57,061 nucleotides of DNA from Tubiluchus corallicola (lineage: Eukaryota > Animalia > Priapulida). Under the pieces are notes generated by a model. It worked only from the letters and a program-made list of their open reading frames with translations. It did not search any database and was not told where the DNA came from. Shown here piece after piece: positions 51,504 through 57,061 of the stretch. Position 1 is the stretch's first letter. Every line of letters starts with the position of its first letter. The translations under genes were made by a program, and so were the position numbers. The DNA is taken from contig JAQGDQ010001182.1 of assembly GCA_030141605.1 (NCBI GenBank), positions 1 to 57,061 of the forward strand, read 5' to 3'.

Positions 51504-54500
51504 CTGTAACAAACAGTAGTTGCACATAAATATTCATGTTGATAAAGAAACAGATATTAAAATCTTAGGAATCTAACAACTAACATATACCAATCAGTAA
51601 GCAGAGCAAGAAAAAACAAACAAACAAAAGCAGTGTTCAGTTTAAAGTATTAACAGAATATGTTGGATGTGGAATATTTTCTCTTACTGCAATAGTGGTT
51701 ATCTAGTTCTTGCAGCCAACACTAGATGTCGACAGTGACGTTCACTATTCAGTCCAAGAACTACTGCAATAGTGGTTATCTAGTTCTTGCAGCCAACACT
51801 AGATGTCGACAGTGACGTTCAATATTCAGTCCAAGAACTACTGCAATAGTGGTTATGTAGTTCTTGTAGCCAACACTAGATGTCGACAGTGATGTTCAAT
51901 ATTCAGTTCAAGAACTACTGCAATAGTGGTTATCTAGTTCTTGCAGCCAACACTAGATGTCGACAGTGACGTTCAATATTCAGTCCAAGAACTACTGCAA
52001 TAGTGGTTATGTAGTTCTTGTAGCCAACACTAGATGTCGACAGTGATGTTCAATATTCAGTTCAAGAACTACTGCAATAGTGGTTATCTAGTTCTTGCAG
52101 CCAACACTAGATGTCGACAGTGACGTTCAATATTCAGTCCAAGAACTACTGCAATAGTGGTTATCTAGTTCTTGCAGCCAACACTAGATGTCGACAGTGA
52201 TGTTCAATATTCAGTCCAAGAACTACTGCAATAGTGGTTATCTAGTTCTTGCAGCCAACACTAGATGTCAACAGTGACATTCAATATTCAAACTAAGAAC
52301 TACTGCAATAGTGGTTATCTAGTTCTTGCAGCCAACATTAGATGTCGACAGTGATGTTCAATATTCAGTGGAAGAACTACTGCAATAGTGGTTATCTAGT
52401 TCTTGCAGCCAACACTAGATGTCGACAGTGACGTTCAATATTCAAACCAAGAACTACTGCAATAGTGGTTATCTAGTTCTTGCAGCCAACATTAGATGTC
52501 AACAGTGATGTTCAATATTCAGTGGAAGAACTACTGCAATAGTGCTTATCTAGTTCTAGCAGCCAACATTAGATGTCGACAGCGATGTTCAATATTCAGT
52601 TCAAGAACTACTGCAATAGTGGTTATCTAACTCTTGCAGCCAACACTAGATGTCGACAGTGATGTTCAATATTCAGTCCAAGAACTACTGTAATAGTGGT
52701 TATCTAGTTCTAGCAGCCAACACTAGATGTCGACAGTGATGTTCAATATTCAATTCAAGAATAAGGAGAGTACATAGATTAGATGGTGGTCCTCAGCAGA
52801 GATGAGCGTCTAGCAGATTTGCTGTCAAGCGGTTGCAGAATCCGCATTAATTATGCGCATTTGCAAATGTGCGGAATGCGGATTTTGAACGCCTAAAATT
52901 GCGAATTGTAAGTGAAATTGCAGCAGCAAAAGCTACTTACGTAAGGTAAATTTTCACGTGTTTGCACAAAAATTTTACCCAATTTCAGTTCGTCAGAAAT
53001 TCGCTTGTGCATTAAACGGTTTCTTGCCACAATATACGCCTTTCATCACTACTTTAAGTGTTCTCATTGCCTCTAGATTTTTTTGCTACTTTCCAATATT
53101 TTACTTGTAAATTCATAGATGCAAAACATTGCTCACAATTATTATAATTTTTTACTCGAGACTAAGGGTTGATATGTCATGATATGGTTGAGTGATGTAC
53201 TATGTACATAGTGTGGTGTGAGTTATCGTTCAGGGCTTACAAGCACAATTAGGGTCTAGCTAGTAATATATGTTATCGATTCGCTATTATAACTCCTACC
53301 TTGATACAGAAAACGGTTATAGGGCACACATAGCGATGATAGTTGTTGCCCACACTTTTGCGGACAATGCGGAGAAGTGCATATTCAGTTTTCAGTCAAT
53401 CCGCGGATTTTGCGGGTGCAGATATGTACAGTTGCGAATAAACGAGAAAGTGATAACTGCCCGTCTTTGGTCCTCAGAGTGAGAGAATGCGAGGCTCGCG
53501 CGAAAAGTGACGTAACAATGGGCGCCATGTTGTTGGGCAAGCTACTGCTTTCTGCTACTTGGTTATTATGACTGCGTGTGAAGTTTTTGCAATAATTTTC
53601 GTTACGTATACTCCGTGTAGTGAATTTGTGTGCAAATAGCAAAACAGTGGCAACCTCTACGTAATCTGTAAATGTTCAAATCGGACAAAACAGCATCAAC
53701 AAGGTCTTTTAACAAGTAGCAGCATCCTACACATTATTGAAAATGAAACGGTATACAGTATTCTTGTCGATAATCTTTTATTCATAAAAGGCTTTCAAAA
53801 TATTTAAGAAACTTCTATCATTATTAAAATAATTAGCCATGCATAGGCTACACTTGTAACTGTAATAGTGCGAATTACAGTAGCACTAACTTCAGGAAAA
53901 GTTTACGGGTACATAGCCACCACACGTCAAAGCCGTATTATTTTTTCATCTAAATTTTACTTAGTGTTAAACAGGTACAGTATATAAACTCTTTATTTAC
54001 CTCACCCGTCTACTTTTTAAAATTTAATAAAAATCATTATCATTATAGTTAATGATCACGGCACAATGACTAGACCTTTGACTGAGTTTTTGTCTGCCAA
54101 ACTTCTCTTAATTGAATGCTTTAATTTATCAATGATTCAGCTACGTCAGCCTAGATACCGCTATGAGTTCTGTTAATACAACGTGCGGATTAGGGGAATA
54201 ACATAACCTATAGCATCCTTTTCGTGTTATTGTTAAACTGATAGGTTTTTAAATGTTAACAAACAATCTTTGAATTACCAACGTCTTGGTAAAGAAATCA
54301 TAGTTTGTGGTTTGATCTGGCTGTTGGCCTGGCATGCTGCCAAGTAGATACATACTGTAGAAGTGCACAGCATAAGGTGACATGTAAATTTTCATGTAGC
54401 GATGGCTATCGTATTACAAATAATGTCCGGGTGAAATTATTAGATTTACTTATATTTTTGACGGCAACTGGAAAGCCTCTATTACTGCTATCAGAAAAAA

Positions 54501-54895
54501 CAAAAAACCTATTTTAGGTTTCTTTTAGCGGTAAAAATATAGATGTAAATACTCGCAAAAAGCCATTGAAAATACATGTTGGCAACTTGCCAACAGTTGT
54601 AGCCCAAGAGCATGGCGCCCTTGAACGTTACACGTTCGAAATATTGTTCTAGCAATCTTTCTAGGACCTTCATCTAAATCTGTGGGTGAGTAACATGTTT
54701 TGATGATATGCACACGGCAGATCCCCAAATCCGGAACCTCATTCAGTTCACAGAATAATTATCAAAATTTAATACTTACACAAAAACATATTAGTCACAA
54801 AAAACATTTTTTGAAAATCATACACTTTGCGATATACAACAGAACACAATTACGCAGTGTTAACTACACTATTCAAATAAAATTTTCAGTAAGAA

Positions 54896-55843
54896 TCATT
54901 GACCAGTACAGAACAGCTTCTTCACACAGTTTCTAAAATCCTTCATTCTTGTTACATAAACAAATACATTTGCAAAGGAATTGAAATATGCAGGCAGCAT
55001 AAACCAGAAAGCATTATTCTCGTTAATAAATGAAGTAGTGCCATACTTAAATATTATAACAGAACAGAGTATGTATGGTACATAACAAAAGTAAAACAAA
55101 CACACAGCTATACCGAGGGTTTTGACAAGTTTAAATTTTGCATGGAACTCCGACACATGCTTTAATTCATTGTGGAAAGTAGAAATGCCACTTTGTATCT
55201 CCCGAATTTGTCTCCAAGCTGTTTTCAAAATCATGATGTAAAAATAAAGAAACCCGAGAAAGACAACTGGAGTTATGATACTAACAAAATAAAATCCAAA
55301 ATCAGTGAACCATCCACTTTGATATGGAATGCAACGGTACATATTTTCAACGGAATAAATGTACATCACAGCAAAACAAATGACTTCAATAACCATGGAT
55401 GACCAAGATGTCACCAGAGCCAGTTTCACTCTTTTATCTGTCAACAGCATGTGGTAACGAAGAGGATAAACGATGCTAATGTATCTCTCTACTGTTGCAA
55501 CAACGTAAAAATAGGAAGCGGCACCAATAAAGCAACTTGTAAACGTGTAGAGCCATGCACAAAGTACCAAATGGTCTGGTGTTATATCAATCAAGTAAAA
55601 AATAACTGTCTCTGTAAGAAGCCATACACCAACTAACAAATTAGACACGGCTAAGTTACACAGAATGTAATATAATGTTGTGTGCAACGGCGGCGACTTT
55701 ATAATGGTGACCACGACAATGCTGTTGACAATCACAATCACAATTCCAAGTGGAAACGTTATAAAACCATAAAATAATCCAGCATCTGTGTTGCTGGCAT
55801 TTTTCATAGATGCAATAGATGCATTAACCAAATTGTCAAACAT
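54896..55843 (-). CDS. Second (mirror) copy of the intronless class A GPCR
   Basis: Same protein except one I->F change (TDIG vs TDFG); also a synonymous change. Confidence 0.9.
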   Translation of the reverse strand: MFDNLVNASIASMKNASNTDAGLFYGFITFPLGIVIVIVNSIVVVTIIKSPPLHTTLYYILCNLAVSNLLVGVWLLTETVIFYLIDITPDHLVLCAWLYTFTSCFIGAASYFYVVATVERYISIVYPLRYHMLLTDKRVKLALVTSWSSMVIEVICFAVMYIYSVENMYRCIPYQSGWFTDFGFYFVSIITPVVFLGFLYFYIMILKTAWRQIREIQSGISTFHNELKHVSEFHAKFKLVKTLGIAVCLFYFCYVPYILCSVIIFKYGTTSFINENNAFWFMLPAYFNSFANVFVYVTRMKDFRNCVKKLFCTGQ

Positions 55844-57061
55844 TTCTGTCAAACACGCTATGCACAATAGCTAGAAACTGTCACCAAAATAATCAACATT
55901 TCCAGTAGAACATAATAGACTGTTTCCACTTATTCCAGAAGTGTAAATCCTCTAGTGAGGTAGACTCTATTGAATTCTCTTATACAGAAACAAAAAAGGT
56001 CTTCAAAAGCAAAACTGACTAGTTGCAAGGTGAAGCCACTGAAAGTAGAGCCATTCTGATGTAAACGTTTACAAAGCGGGTACAAAGTACAGCTAATCAG
56101 GTGTAGTTAAACAGGTAAATGCTCCATTGTGTAAGTTCAGAGTACATAATGGTAAAATAATAGCAAGTGGGAAGTGGGAAAGAAAAGAGAGTGCTCTTCC
56201 CGGACACATTTCTTTCTCAAAAAGTTTGCTAACTGTTTCACTGCTTTCATTTGTTTCTGTCACAAGGTATTGTTTGTGTTACCTTTACTTTTACGTAGTG
56301 TTTCGCTATTTCTGTGAAATGGCAGCTGATAATACAAGCAACAATGTAGAATTTACTGTACAAAGTTTCAATAGAAGTCTAGCAAACAGTGTGTCTAAAT
56401 GGCACAGCGAGATGGAAAATACAGTATATTGAAAGGACATACTATTTCAACAACCATCTGATGACGATTTCCATTATAAGTGTCGAAATATTATGTTTTT
56501 AGCTGTACTGATTGTTAGAATTAATTGTAGTACAAAAATTTCTGTATCGAAATTCCATAATTTTATATCGTTTGTTTTAATTAAACAACCCTTTCATACA
56601 GTGTACATTCACACGCTTGACAGAATAATCAAAAACTTCTATTTTGTTCTGTTTTCACAACAACTGCAGTTGCTTTGAATGCTTCATTGGATGATGTTTT
56701 GTAATTTTTTATTTTAATCTTGTTCTGCCAGCATTCTATTGAGCTTAAATTAATTTCAAAAATATCCTCTTAGAATTTGTAAGGTTAATCGTATTTTCTT
56801 TGTTTTAAATAAAACTGCCATCTACCACAGTTTAGTATAGTTTCAGAAATGTTGCAATTGTTTTAACTTTCAATGTAATCTCCTTTATTTCTTCTTATTA
56901 TTTATTATTGTAAGTTTTGTTTTGTTATTTCTTATTATTATTTATCACTGTAAGTTTTGTTTTGTTATTTCTTATTATTATTTATTACCGTAAGTTTTGT
57001 TTTCTTATTTCTTATTATTATTTATCACTGTAAGTTTTGTTTTGTTATTTCTTATTATTAT

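Larger units (their letters stand above)
29671..57061 (-). repeat. Right arm of giant inverted repeat (palindrome)
   Basis: Reverse complement of 1-27344; 47 bp longer, mainly from a 35-bp indel and ~10 bp of small indels. Confidence 0.98.

Overview
AT-rich animal (invertebrate-like) genomic DNA. The whole window is one giant, near-perfect inverted repeat: arm 1 = 1-27344, spacer = 27345-29670 (~2.3 kb), arm 2 = 29671-57061. Both arms run to the window edges. Each arm carries (i) an intronless class A GPCR gene and (ii) 17 internal exons of Mediator subunit MED12 (kohtalo), including the LCEWAV motif, transcribed toward the centre. An 18th exon lies only in the spacer, after which the gene breaks off at the fold-back junction, so neither copy has the C-terminal half of MED12. 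The introns are full of unrelated minisatellites (24, 26, 27, 34, 38, 40, 73 and 77 bp units); three tandem duplications include the exon 3' end plus its splice donor. The introns also hold hAT-like and Tigger-like MITEs, a non-autonomous Helitron and non-LTR retroelement fragments. The arms differ by scattered, clustered SNPs and indels. The palindrome may be a real inverted duplication or an assembly/library fold-back artefact; the sequence alone cannot decide.
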